This document shows, in pieces, positions 29,261 through 38,389 of a stretch of 53,385 nt of DNA. The stretch's first letter is position 1. Every line of letters begins with the position of its first letter. The stretch spans positions 1-53,385 of the forward strand of contig JANQMM010000063.1 in assembly GCA_028280145.1 (NCBI GenBank), written 5' to 3'. Both the position numbers and the translations under genes were made by a program. The notes under the pieces are model-generated. The model did no database searches. It worked only from the letters and a program-made list of their open reading frames with translations, and was not told the DNA's origin. This DNA is from Minisyncoccota bacterium. Lineage in GTDB: Bacteria; Patescibacteriota; Minisyncoccia; Phycocordibacterales; JACZSL01.

Positions 29261-31621
29261 ATGTACAAGCACCTTCGTTTTTTTAAGGATATTCAAATTG
29301 ATGACGTTCCGCAGGTAGGCGGCAAGAATGCATCACTTGGCGAAATGTTCCGCGCCCTAACTCCAAAGGGAATAAACCTGCCTAATGGCTACAGCACCAC
29401 TGCTGATGCCTATCGCTATTTTTTGGAAAGCGCAGATATTCGTGAAGCTATCACCAAGGAGTTGGAAGGTTTAAATATTGAAGACGTTGCAGATCTGCAG
29501 AAGCGCGGTGCGGCAGTGCGGCAGATAATTCTTGACGCAAAGCTCCCGGAGGATTTTGAGGCTGAGGTCAGAAAAGCATATAAAGAACTCTGTGACACTG
29601 TTGGCTTTGATAACTTGGTTGTGGTTGTCCGTTCGTCTGCGACTGCAGAAGACCTTCCAAATGCCTCATTTGCAGGTCAACAAGAAACATACCTTAACAT
29701 CAGCGGTGAGGATGCCGTTATGGAATCAGTGCAAAAATGTATCGCTTCACTCTTTACCGACCGGGCCATTGTGTATCGTGTGGAAAACGGTTTTGATCAC
29801 ATGCAGGTTGCTCTTGCCGTCGGTATTCAACAAATGGTGGCTGTGCGCTCGGAGGCTTCAGGCGTTATGTTCACACTCGACACAGAATCAGGCTTCCGTA
29901 ATGCTGTCGTCATCAATTCAATCTACGGTTTGGGTGAGAATATTGTGCAAGGCCGCGTGTCTCCTGATGAGTTTACGGTGTTCAAGCCTACACGATCCAT
30001 CTTAAAGAAAAAACTTGGCACCAAGAGACTCAAAATGATCCCAAGTGGTGCTAATGAAGTCGAGAACCTGGAAGTGTCGCAAGAGGATCAACGACGTTTT
30101 TCAATTACCGATGAGCAAGTATTGACGCTGGCGGAGTGGGGAGTGCACATTGAGGAGCACTATGGAAAGCCAATGGACATTGAATGGGCGCTCGACGAAG
30201 ACTTCGGTTCACTCTATATCGTACAAGCACGCCCTGAGACCGTGCAATCACAGAAGGATCCAAATTGCATCGAGGAGCATGTGCGTCTTGAGGATGGTGA
30301 AGTGTTGGTTGCCGGTACGAGTGTCGGTGATAAGATCGGTGCCGGTAAGGCATCAGTGATCGAAAGTGTGGAACAAATACATGACTTTAACGAAGGTGAT
30401 GTGCTCGTAACCACGATGACAGACCCGGATTGGGTTCCGATCATGAAAAAAGCATCTGCAATTGTCACAAACAAGGGTGGGCGCACGTGCCACGCCGCTA
30501 TTGTATCTCGGGAGCTTGGTATTCCATGTATTGTCGGTACCGATGTTGCTACCACAACGATCCCTAATGGTGAGGAAGTGACGGTCAGTTGTAATGAAGG
30601 GGATGAGGGTAGAGTATATCGGGGACTGCTCAAGTTTGAGGTTCGCACCGAAAACATTGCTGATCTCAAGCGACCACAGACAAAGATCATGATGAATATT
30701 GGCTCTCCGGAACATGCGTTCAAGTATTCATTCATTCCAAACGACGGTGTTGGTCTTGCGCGGGAAGAGTTCATTATTGATGCACATATCAAGATTCACC
30801 CTCTTGCTCTTATGCGGTTTGATGAAGTGCATGACGAGGGCGCACGCAGACAGATCGAAGAACTTACATTCGGGTACGAAAATAAAGCAGATTATTTTGT
30901 AGATAAACTTGCAGAAGGAATAGGGATTCTCGGTGCTGCGTTTCATCCAAATGACGTCATCGTGCGTTTCAGTGACTTCAAGACGAATGAATATGCGAAT
31001 CTGATCGGAGGACAACAGTTTGAGCCGGAAGAGAATAACCCGATGATCGGTTGGCGAGGTGCAAGTCGGTACTATCATGATGACTATAAAGAAGCCTTCA
31101 AGCTTGAATGTCGAGCCATGAAGAAAGTTCGTGATGAAATGGGAATTACGAATGTTAAGGCGATGGTGCCGTTCTGCCGAACGCTCGAAGAAGCGGATAA
31201 AGTGCTTGGCATCATGGGCGAAGAAGGGCTGAAGCGTGGAGAAAATGGTTTTGAAGTGTATGTGATGATCGAAATTCCAAGCAATGTTGTTTTAGCGGAA
31301 GGGTTTGCGGAGAAGTTTGATGGCTTCTCGATCGGAAGTAACGACTTAACACAACTTACCCTTGGTGTGGATCGGGACAGTCACATTGTGGCGCATGTGT
31401 ATGATGAAAATAATGAAGCGGTCAAGGAATTGATCCGAAAGACCATTAAGGTAGGGAAGGAGAAAGGTGTGAAAGTTGGAATTTGCGGACAAGGCCCGTC
31501 AGATAGTCCGGAATTTGCACAGTTTTTGGTTGAAGAAGGCATTGATAGCCTTTCGCTTTCTCCGGATACCATCGTAAAGACGACGATTGCTACCAACGCA
31601 ATAGAAAAAGGATCAAAATAA
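29261..31621 (+). CDS. ppsA: Phosphoenolpyruvate synthase (water dikinase)
   Basis: 786 aa; VGGKNASLGEM, phospho-His loop GGRTCHAAIVSRELGIPCIVG, and a C-terminal PEP-utilising TIM domain. A good SD (AAAGGGG) is present. Confidence 0.93.
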   Translation: MYKHLRFFKDIQIDDVPQVGGKNASLGEMFRALTPKGINLPNGYSTTADAYRYFLESADIREAITKELEGLNIEDVADLQKRGAAVRQIILDAKLPEDFEAEVRKAYKELCDTVGFDNLVVVVRSSATAEDLPNASFAGQQETYLNISGEDAVMESVQKCIASLFTDRAIVYRVENGFDHMQVALAVGIQQMVAVRSEASGVMFTLDTESGFRNAVVINSIYGLGENIVQGRVSPDEFTVFKPTRSILKKKLGTKRLKMIPSGANEVENLEVSQEDQRRFSITDEQVLTLAEWGVHIEEHYGKPMDIEWALDEDFGSLYIVQARPETVQSQKDPNCIEEHVRLEDGEVLVAGTSVGDKIGAGKASVIESVEQIHDFNEGDVLVTTMTDPDWVPIMKKASAIVTNKGGRTCHAAIVSRELGIPCIVGTDVATTTIPNGEEVTVSCNEGDEGRVYRGLLKFEVRTENIADLKRPQTKIMMNIGSPEHAFKYSFIPNDGVGLAREEFIIDAHIKIHPLALMRFDEVHDEGARRQIEELTFGYENKADYFVDKLAEGIGILGAAFHPNDVIVRFSDFKTNEYANLIGGQQFEPEENNPMIGWRGASRYYHDDYKEAFKLECRAMKKVRDEMGITNVKAMVPFCRTLEEADKVLGIMGEEGLKRGENGFEVYVMIEIPSNVVLAEGFAEKFDGFSIGSNDLTQLTLGVDRDSHIVAHVYDENNEAVKELIRKTIKVGKEKGVKVGICGQGPSDSPEFAQFLVEEGIDSLSLSPDTIVKTTIATNAIEKGSK

Positions 31622-31622
31622 C

Positions 31623-33041
31623 ATGAGTCATTACCCGCCACTACAGGAGAGAGAGCTACCAAAACCGCCTCATTGGAGTAAGGCTATTGGGGTTGGTGTT
31701 GTGGTGATGGGTCTTGCCATCGGGACAGGAGAGCTCATTTTGTGGCCGCACATCATTACCAAGCACGGACTTGTGCTTTTATGGCTTGCTCTTCTTGGTA
31801 TTACTGCACAATATTTCATAAATAAGGAAGTGGCCCGGCATGAAGTTGCAACAGGTGAGAGCTTCTTTACAACTGCGGCACGAGCATTTCAGTGGACGGT
31901 GTTCTTCTGGCTATTTACTGCAATTATCCTATACATTTGGCCGGGCTGGGCCTCTGCCATTGGCACAACCCTTAACGAACTCTTTGGATTTGGAACCCAT
32001 CTCATGTGGTCTTGGGCGACTCTTGCTCTGGTTTTGGTGCTTACCTTCAGTGGCAAGGTGGCCTACACTATGCTTGAAAAGACCCTTAAGATCACTGTCC
32101 CGATCTTCTTCGTACTCCTGCTTGTGATCAGCTACTACAATCTCTCCCTCGAGATATTGCACGAAGCGATCAGAGGAGTATTCTCATTTGGCGTGATCCC
32201 GGACGGAGTTGATATCAATGTGCTCCTTGGTGCTGTGGTATTTGCAGGAGCCGGAGGAATGCTCAATCTTGCCGTATCTCTTTGGTATAGAGATAAGCAG
32301 GTTGGAATGGGTCAGTATGTAGGACGTATTACGAACCCAGTAACGGGTCGTGAGGAATCTGTTGCAACGGAAGGCTATACGTTTGATACGGAGAATCCTG
32401 AAAATATGAAACGATGGAAGAACTGGATGAAGTACGTGCACATAGATCAAGGGGTAGTATTCTTGGGGCTTGGATTTACCACATTATTCTTGCTTGCGGT
32501 AAATGCGTATGCAGTCCTTACTCCCAAAGGACTTGTGCCGGAGGGATTGGACGTTGCGGTGGTCCAGGCACATATATTCGGGGATGTGTTCGGTCCAATT
32601 GGATTTAAGGTCTTTTTGGCGATGGCTTTCTTGATGCTCTTTTCGGTGATGTGGACTGTTATTGATGCACTAACCCGTATCGTGACTGACATTATTTACA
32701 CCAATGCACGCATAGGGAAATATCAGAAGGTATTTGCGCCATTTAAACGATTTTCAATAGGAAAGCTGTATTATGGAGCGATCACTCTCATTGCAATCAT
32801 TGGTGCATTTCTCATTTTACTCGAACAGCCACTTACGCTCTTGGTCATCTCCGGAGTGTTGTCAGGTCTTTCAATGGCTCTCTATACTCCGCTTTTGATC
32901 TATTTGAACAATACAAGACTGGCAAAACCACTTCGACCGAATATATTCACAAATATTGCAATGACCGCGATTGCCATTTTCTTTGCATATTTTGCCTATC
33001 GCGTTATCGTCGAAGCAATAGGAAATATTTTTGGCGCTTAA
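31623..33041 (+). CDS. Nramp-like/APC-fold transporter (11-12 TM)
   Basis: Polytopic, with N-terminal AIGTGELILWPHI in place of the canonical Nramp DPGN. The family assignment is tentative. Confidence 0.45.
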   Translation: MSHYPPLQERELPKPPHWSKAIGVGVVVMGLAIGTGELILWPHIITKHGLVLLWLALLGITAQYFINKEVARHEVATGESFFTTAARAFQWTVFFWLFTAIILYIWPGWASAIGTTLNELFGFGTHLMWSWATLALVLVLTFSGKVAYTMLEKTLKITVPIFFVLLLVISYYNLSLEILHEAIRGVFSFGVIPDGVDINVLLGAVVFAGAGGMLNLAVSLWYRDKQVGMGQYVGRITNPVTGREESVATEGYTFDTENPENMKRWKNWMKYVHIDQGVVFLGLGFTTLFLLAVNAYAVLTPKGLVPEGLDVAVVQAHIFGDVFGPIGFKVFLAMAFLMLFSVMWTVIDALTRIVTDIIYTNARIGKYQKVFAPFKRFSIGKLYYGAITLIAIIGAFLILLEQPLTLLVISGVLSGLSMALYTPLLIYLNNTRLAKPLRPNIFTNIAMTAIAIFFAYFAYRVIVEAIGNIFGA

Positions 33042-33042
33042 A

Positions 33043-33072
33043 AACCGGAGGTGCCGATACCTCCAGTTTTTT
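33043..33072. terminator. Bidirectional terminator between convergent genes
   Basis: AAAACC-GGAGGT-GCCGAT-ACCTCC-AGTTTTTT. Confidence 0.7.
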
Positions 33073-33089
33073 GATCAGAACCAGTTTTC

Positions 33090-33659
33090 TTAATCGGCTA
33101 TTGCCTGCAATATCTCCTCAAACACCGCATCAATATCTTGGTTGGCATTGACGTTTCTTACTTTGCCTTGTTCTTTAAAGAATGCAAGTGAATGTACTGT
33201 TTCATTCAAGAATGCTTGTTTTCGTTTTTCTATTTTCGAAGGTGTATCATATCCTTCACGCCCTCGTTCCAGTAGGCGTTCTGTTAAGACCTCATCGTTG
33301 CACTCAAGACAAATCACAACGTACGGCCTCTCAATTTCCTCATGTATTTCGTGAAGTTTTTTTGCTTCTTCAGGCTTTCGAGCAACGCTTTCAAACACTA
33401 ACCCTTGGTCCGGAAATTCCTCAAGAAGAGCTTTGGTCATCATATAACTTGCAAGCCATTCTGGTATCCAGCCGGTAGTGTGGATGTTGGCAATGTAACG
33501 GCCAAGGGGAGTGTCTTGCGCTGCGTACTCTCGTGTCTTGTCCCCGGTAGAAAAAATAGCATACCCGAGAGCCTCGGCAAGCTTATGTGCTTGCGTGCCC
33601 TTGCCGGTGCCAGCCCGACCCATAAGAATGATACTTTGATAGGGAGTTTTTGATTTCAT
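33090..33659 (-). CDS. adk: Adenylate kinase family protein (short LID, no zinc knuckle)
   Basis: P-loop IILMGRAGTGKGTQ and FSTGDKTRE. The start is set at MKSKTPYQS (ATG 33659). The track ORF extends to 33761 with implausible N-terminal residues. Confidence 0.75.
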   Translation of the reverse strand: MKSKTPYQSIILMGRAGTGKGTQAHKLAEALGYAIFSTGDKTREYAAQDTPLGRYIANIHTTGWIPEWLASYMMTKALLEEFPDQGLVFESVARKPEEAKKLHEIHEEIERPYVVICLECNDEVLTERLLERGREGYDTPSKIEKRKQAFLNETVHSLAFFKEQGKVRNVNANQDIDAVFEEILQAIAD

Positions 33660-33836
33660 ATGCTTTAGCGTAGCAGATTTGTATGCTTCTGCAACAGCCT
33701 TATTGTGTGCATATGTAGCCTGGGTTGCGACTTTGCAGGCAATGTTCCGGCAACGGAACACGTGAGTGCTTCATGGAGGACTCGTGTGGATTTACTACAA
33801 GTTCTCCAAGTAATTGCTGTGATACACTTTATACAT

Positions 33837-34166
33837 ATGCCGCAGGAACACGACGAAATAAAAGCGCTGCTCAGGCGAAATTTGGAACTTGCGCGTGAGA
33901 ACAACAAGTTACTTAAGAAAATACGTCGTAACAGTGTGATCGCCAACATCATGCGGCTTGTGTGGTGGGCTGTCATTATCGGAGTCCCCGTTTTTCTTTA
34001 TTATTACGTTCTCGAGCCGTATCTGATCGAGCTTAATAACACATATCAAGAACTCCAAATGGGTGTTACAGGAGCGCAAAATGCCGTCTTTGACCTTCCT
34101 CTGATCAGTGATTTACTTGAACGATTCTCTGAAACGCAAGAGGCGGTAACACCTGTGACAGAGTAG
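33837..34166 (+). CDS. Small membrane protein, hypothetical (109 aa)
   Basis: ATG 33837 lies 8 nt after TGaTACACT (33820-33828). There is one TM helix (LVWWAVIIGVPVFLYYYVL). The track ORF starts at 33705. Confidence 0.45.
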   Translation: MPQEHDEIKALLRRNLELARENNKLLKKIRRNSVIANIMRLVWWAVIIGVPVFLYYYVLEPYLIELNNTYQELQMGVTGAQNAVFDLPLISDLLERFSETQEAVTPVTE

Positions 34167-34222
34167 TTGGAAAATATCTTATTTCTGATAGAATGTTTTT
34201 CATCGCTTATGACGCGTATAGA

Positions 34223-34290
34223 GCTGAGGTAGCTCAGGCTGGTAGACACAAGTCTCTCGAACAAGGGACAGCGTCGAGACCGGGCACCTG
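34223..34290 (+). pseudogene. Decayed tandem copy of tRNA-Phe
   Basis: Shares an identical 25-nt stretch CGCGTATAGAGCTGAGGTAGCTCAG (34213-34237) with the real gene (34299-34323). The D stem, anticodon stem and T arm are broken. Confidence 0.6.
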
Positions 34291-34308
34291 TAATATGGCG
34301 CGTATAGA

Positions 34309-34384
34309 GCTGAGGTAGCTCAGTTGGTAGAGCACTTGTCTGAAGAACAAGGGGTCGGCGGTTCGAGACCGCCCCTCAGCACCA
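34309..34384 (+). tRNA. tRNA-Phe (anticodon GAA), CCA encoded
   Basis: Acceptor GCTGAGG/CCTCAGC, D arm GCTC-AGTTGGTA-GAGC, anticodon arm CTTGT-CTGAAGA-ACAAG, T arm GGCGG-TTCGAGA-CCGCC, then ACCA. Confidence 0.93.
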
Positions 34385-34391
34385 AGGTCAG

Positions 34392-34426
34392 AACACTCAT
34401 TCTATCGAATGGGTGTTTTGTTTTTG
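34392..34426 (+). terminator. Terminator after tRNA-Phe
   Basis: 11-bp stem AACACTCATTC / GAATGGGTGTT (one G-U pair), loop TATC, then TTGTTTTT. Confidence 0.7.
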
Positions 34427-34537
34427 GTTGTTTTGATATCGGTTATTTTGACCGAGACACTTCCCAAAACCGTACGATATATTGTAAGGTTTTTAGCGTA
34501 GCCAAGTAACGTTAAGGTTGTAACTTTGTCCTCAACA

Positions 34538-34560
34538 TAAAAAACCGCCCTTTCGGGCGA
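34538..34560 (-). terminator. Terminator after hsp20
   Basis: On the minus strand: CGCCC-GAAA-GGGCG followed by GTTTTTTAT. Confidence 0.7.
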
Positions 34561-34565
34561 TTCTG

Positions 34566-35144
34566 TTATCCGGCTTTTACTTTGAGTTTAGTTTGTTTTT
34601 CCTTGTCAATTTTTGGCAAACGGATGGTCAAAAGGCCGTGCTTTTCAGTTGCTTGTGCCTCTTCGACCTCAATTTCTTGAGGGAGAAGGATGGTTCGCGA
34701 GAAAGCGCCCCAATAGAGTTCCCGATAGAAGTATTCGTCACTCGAGACTTCTTTTGCATCTTCTCGCTTCCCGCGAATAGTAACCATGTCGCGGGTAATT
34801 GAAATATCAAGATTATCAGGCTTCACCCCTGCAACAATTGCCTTGATGACGATCTCATTTGGAGTATTGAAAACGTCTACAGTAAGCTGACCTTCTTCGT
34901 TCTCCTCTTCCATCCAGTCACCTTCACCCTCTTCCATGCTCATATGAGTTTCTTCGTATGGTTCGTGGTTGATAACCTCATCGCCCTCCAGTTCTTCACG
35001 TTCAATGCGAAGAGTGCCCTGTTTTTGGCGGGCAAGTTTATCCTCATCGGCCATGTGAAGCTCTGCTGCTGCTTCTTCCTCAAATTCGTCAACATTTACC
35101 GTGCCAGTGAGTCGTTCAAAAAATGATCGTCCTTCTTTGCCCAT
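34566..35144 (-). CDS. Hsp20/alpha-crystallin small heat-shock protein with an acidic N-terminal region
   Basis: ACD: LTVDVFNTPNEIVIKAIVAGVKPDNLDISITRDMVTIRGKRE...FSRTILLPQEIEVEEAQATEKHGLLTIRLPK. Confidence 0.9.
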   Translation of the reverse strand: MGKEGRSFFERLTGTVNVDEFEEEAAAELHMADEDKLARQKQGTLRIEREELEGDEVINHEPYEETHMSMEEGEGDWMEEENEEGQLTVDVFNTPNEIVIKAIVAGVKPDNLDISITRDMVTIRGKREDAKEVSSDEYFYRELYWGAFSRTILLPQEIEVEEAQATEKHGLLTIRLPKIDKEKQTKLKVKAG

Positions 35145-35146
35145 GT

Positions 35147-35872
35147 CTAATTTCGCATAGTTAGTCTGGTAATTCGCTTTACTTTTTCAAATGAGAGTAA
35201 CAAGAGAATGATGCCAATCCACACAAAGGCAAACACAGTTAGTATCTTATCTCCGTTAGTGCTAATTATAAAGAAATTGAAGAGTGCGTGCAATATGATT
35301 GAAAGGGCAATACCGATAAGGACATAGACGAATTTGATAGCTCTTGTCTTATAGAACGAGTACGCCATTGCAAGACCAATGCTTGCGGAGGCAAGTGTGT
35401 GAAGGAGAGTGGCTCCAAGGAATCTGAGGTTTCCGGTGATGATACCTCCAAAGATATTTAGATTCGGGTTGAGGAGGAAGAATGTATTCTCAAGAGCGGC
35501 AAAGCCAAGTGCGACTGTGATCATGTAGATAATAGGGTCGAGCGGTTCGTCAACCGCTCTTCGGCGCAGTACCGTAAGTGCGGCCCCTCCGTATTTCATC
35601 AATTCTTCAATGGCCGACCATATGAATATAAGTAAAATGCCTTGAAATGAATTGGCAGAAAGACATTGTGTATTTTGGGTTATAAGATCGCATGCCATGC
35701 GCTCAAGAGGTACCACTAATGGGACCGTAATCATGCCCGTAATGAACGCGAGCATGATAAGACCGCGCGGCTCCGGCCGTGCTTTGTCCTCCTTAAGCCA
35801 GAACCACAACCACAAAAGAGCCGGAAGAATACCCCCCAAAAGCGCCACCAGTAATGTCGTTCCGCTTAACAT
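35147..35872 (-). CDS. prsW: PrsW-family intramembrane metalloprotease
   Basis: About 7 TM segments; AIEELMKYGG (EExxK) and LHALFNF (HxxxN) motifs. The stop lies 2 nt from the hsp20 start. Confidence 0.7.
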   Translation of the reverse strand: MLSGTTLLVALLGGILPALLWLWFWLKEDKARPEPRGLIMLAFITGMITVPLVVPLERMACDLITQNTQCLSANSFQGILLIFIWSAIEELMKYGGAALTVLRRRAVDEPLDPIIYMITVALGFAALENTFFLLNPNLNIFGGIITGNLRFLGATLLHTLASASIGLAMAYSFYKTRAIKFVYVLIGIALSIILHALFNFFIISTNGDKILTVFAFVWIGIILLLLSFEKVKRITRLTMRN

Positions 35873-35896
35873 ATACCTTTTTGCATGTCGATATTG

Positions 35897-38098
35897 CTAC
35901 CGAGTTTCTGGCCACGACTCGACCATGAGAAAATCTTCAGTTTTGTAAGTATTTTTAGGCAGATAAGACCACACTGCCTCCGTAACAAAAGGCATGAACG
36001 GATGTAACAACCTAAGAGAGGTCGTTAGTATTGTGTAAAGCGTTACTTGTGCCGATCGCTTTGCATCTTCATCGGTTCCCTGAAGGACTGCCTTGTTCTC
36101 TTCAATGATAACATCTGCAAATGTATGCCAGAAGTAATGATATGCAGTATCAGCGGCCAGATCCACACGATACTTTTCCAGATTTTCCGTAATATCTGTA
36201 ACTGTGGCATTCAGTTCTTCGAGATCCTTTTTGTGCTTTTTTGTAAGCGTAACACCCTCAAGAGCGTTTAAGTCCTCAATATTCTGTAGCACGAATCGTG
36301 TGGCATTCCATATTTTGTTGGCGAAATGCTTGTATCCACGGACCTTATTTTCATCAAACTTCGCATCATTGCCGATCGCAGTTCCAACAAGAAGCCCCAT
36401 GCGCAAAGCATCAGCCCCGTATCTTTCGATCATTTCAAGGGGGTCAACACCGTTATTGAGGGATTTACTGAACTTACGACCATCCTTTGCTCGCACCAAT
36501 CCGTGTATCATAACGGTATCAAACGGCACCTGACCGAGATGAAAACCACTCATAAGTATCATACGCGACACCCACAGCTGGAGGATTTCGTAGGCAGGGG
36601 ACATAAAGGATGTAGGGTGAAATACCTCAAGATCACGTGTTTTCTCAGGCCATCCTAGTGTTGAAAAGGTCCATAATGCAGAAGAAAACCACGTATCAAG
36701 TACATCTTCTTCCTGTTTCCAGTCCTTGCTCTGAGGTGGCTCGACGCCGCCGCAATATATTTCATCATCTTTGTACCAGACCGGTATACGATGTCCGAAC
36801 CATATCTGACGGCTGATGCACCAGTCGTGGAGGTTATCTATCCAGTGGAAATAGGTTTTCTTGAATCGTTCCTGTGGCATGGCAACCGCACCACTTTCCA
36901 CTGAAATGCGCATCAGTTGTTTAAGAGTGACCTTGTCTCCCGATTTGATGCCGGGAATCTCCGAGTGGGGGATAGTGAATGGCGTATCAACCGCGATGAA
37001 CCATTGCTCCATTATTTGTGGCTCTATGGTCGCTCCCGTTCGCTCTGCAGTGGCAAGATTGTGCTCATAATCGTCCTCAACCTCGACAACAAGTCCTTTT
37101 TTCCGGAGTTTTTCAACGATCTTTTCTCGCGCTTCGGTTATTTTCATGCCCGAGAATTCACCTGCAATAGGGAGGAGTTTGCCGTATGTATCAATGATTT
37201 GTTCTTTATCAAGGTTATGTCGCTCTGCGATCTCAAAATCAACTCCCGAGTGCCACGGTGTAATGGTCATTACTCCCGATCCCATTTCCGGATCTGCCGC
37301 TTCATCCTTAACGATCGTTGCGCTGATAGGTCCGTTTATCCACTCGAGCTCGATAGTGTCTCCGTGCTTGTATTTGGCGTATCGCGCATCATTCGGATGC
37401 ATCACTACATACTTATCGCCAAATTTCGTCTCAGGGCGAGCAGTACCAATGGTAAAAGGTCCGTATTTGAAGTAGTAGAACTTTGTTTTTTCCTCCTTAT
37501 AGAGCACTTCATCATCCGAAATGGTCGTTTGCCCCTTTGGGTCCCAGTTCACGATCCGATGTCCTTTGTATATAAGGCCCGCATCATACATCCGCTTGAA
37601 CGCCGTATTTACGGCATGCGATCGTTTTTCATCAAGCGTATATGCGTACCGCGACCAATCGAGAGAAGCCCCCATCTTGCGTACCTGGGTTAGGATGGTG
37701 TTTTCGCTTTCCTTGGCAAATTGCCTCACTCGTCTTACAAGCTCTTCTCTTCCGAGATCATGTCGGGATAGCTTTTCCTTCTTTTGTATATTCTTTTCAA
37801 CGCGAGCTTGTGTTGCTATCGCCGCAGAATCAGTACCTGGTACCCACAGAGCCTTTTTGCCTCGCATTCGCGCGTAGCGTATGAGTATATCTTGAAGCGT
37901 GTCCTCATATGCATGCCCGATATGCAGGACACCGGTTACGTTCGGTGGGGGAAGCACTATGGTAAAAGATTCCTCCCGTTTTCCGGGCAGGTTGTCGGGG
38001 TTAAAATATCCGCTTTCCTCCCATTGTGTATACAACCGCTCCTCATGCTCACTCGGGTCGTACGGCTTAAGAAAAGCCTCTGGAATCTCTTTTGTCAT
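35897..38098 (-). CDS. valS: Valine--tRNA ligase (short form, 733 aa)
   Basis: PPPNVTGVLHIGHA (HIGH) and RKFSKSLNN (KMSKS). The start is set at MTKEIPEAF (ATG 38098); the track ORF runs to 38206. It ends right after the anticodon-binding domain. Confidence 0.93.
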   Translation of the reverse strand: MTKEIPEAFLKPYDPSEHEERLYTQWEESGYFNPDNLPGKREESFTIVLPPPNVTGVLHIGHAYEDTLQDILIRYARMRGKKALWVPGTDSAAIATQARVEKNIQKKEKLSRHDLGREELVRRVRQFAKESENTILTQVRKMGASLDWSRYAYTLDEKRSHAVNTAFKRMYDAGLIYKGHRIVNWDPKGQTTISDDEVLYKEEKTKFYYFKYGPFTIGTARPETKFGDKYVVMHPNDARYAKYKHGDTIELEWINGPISATIVKDEAADPEMGSGVMTITPWHSGVDFEIAERHNLDKEQIIDTYGKLLPIAGEFSGMKITEAREKIVEKLRKKGLVVEVEDDYEHNLATAERTGATIEPQIMEQWFIAVDTPFTIPHSEIPGIKSGDKVTLKQLMRISVESGAVAMPQERFKKTYFHWIDNLHDWCISRQIWFGHRIPVWYKDDEIYCGGVEPPQSKDWKQEEDVLDTWFSSALWTFSTLGWPEKTRDLEVFHPTSFMSPAYEILQLWVSRMILMSGFHLGQVPFDTVMIHGLVRAKDGRKFSKSLNNGVDPLEMIERYGADALRMGLLVGTAIGNDAKFDENKVRGYKHFANKIWNATRFVLQNIEDLNALEGVTLTKKHKKDLEELNATVTDITENLEKYRVDLAADTAYHYFWHTFADVIIEENKAVLQGTDEDAKRSAQVTLYTILTTSLRLLHPFMPFVTEAVWSYLPKNTYKTEDFLMVESWPETR

Positions 38099-38175
38099 GC
38101 AGGGAATGATAGCATTAATCATGTTCTTTTTACAGGCGGCATGCTGGAAAAAGGCTGAAAGTAAGCCATTTGTAT

Positions 38176-38217
38176 CTAAAGGACATTTCTTAATTCTAAA
38201 GGACATAAAATGTCCTT
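38176..38217. repeat. Direct repeats CTAAAGGACAT x2 plus inverted repeat AAGGACAT-aaa-ATGTCCTT in the valS / surface-protein intergenic region
   Basis: The boxes lie at 38176-38186 and 38196-38206. The IR arms are 38199-38206 and 38210-38217. A related GGGACATTCTAAAG lies at 38253-38266. Confidence 0.6.
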
Positions 38218-38389
38218 AACAAAAGAGACCAAGCAGTTCGGTATTCATGTAAGGGACATTCTAAAGAGGTTGACAATATGCTTAAAATATGGTAGTCTTA
38301 CGGCAAATTGATTGACACGCACTACTGTAACGATACAGTATGTGTGTCTTTTAATTAATTTATTAATCGCAGGTAGTTAGAGAAAACCT

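Noticed and set aside
34324-34509. 61-aa ORF starting inside tRNA-Phe.
   Set aside because: It overlaps the tRNA and its terminator, and no start context is present.
38099-38206. The 36-codon N-terminal extension of valS in the ORF track (MSFRIKKCPLDTNG...).
   Set aside because: The conserved ValRS sequence begins at MTKEIPEAF (ATG 38098). The extension covers the repeat-containing intergenic region.
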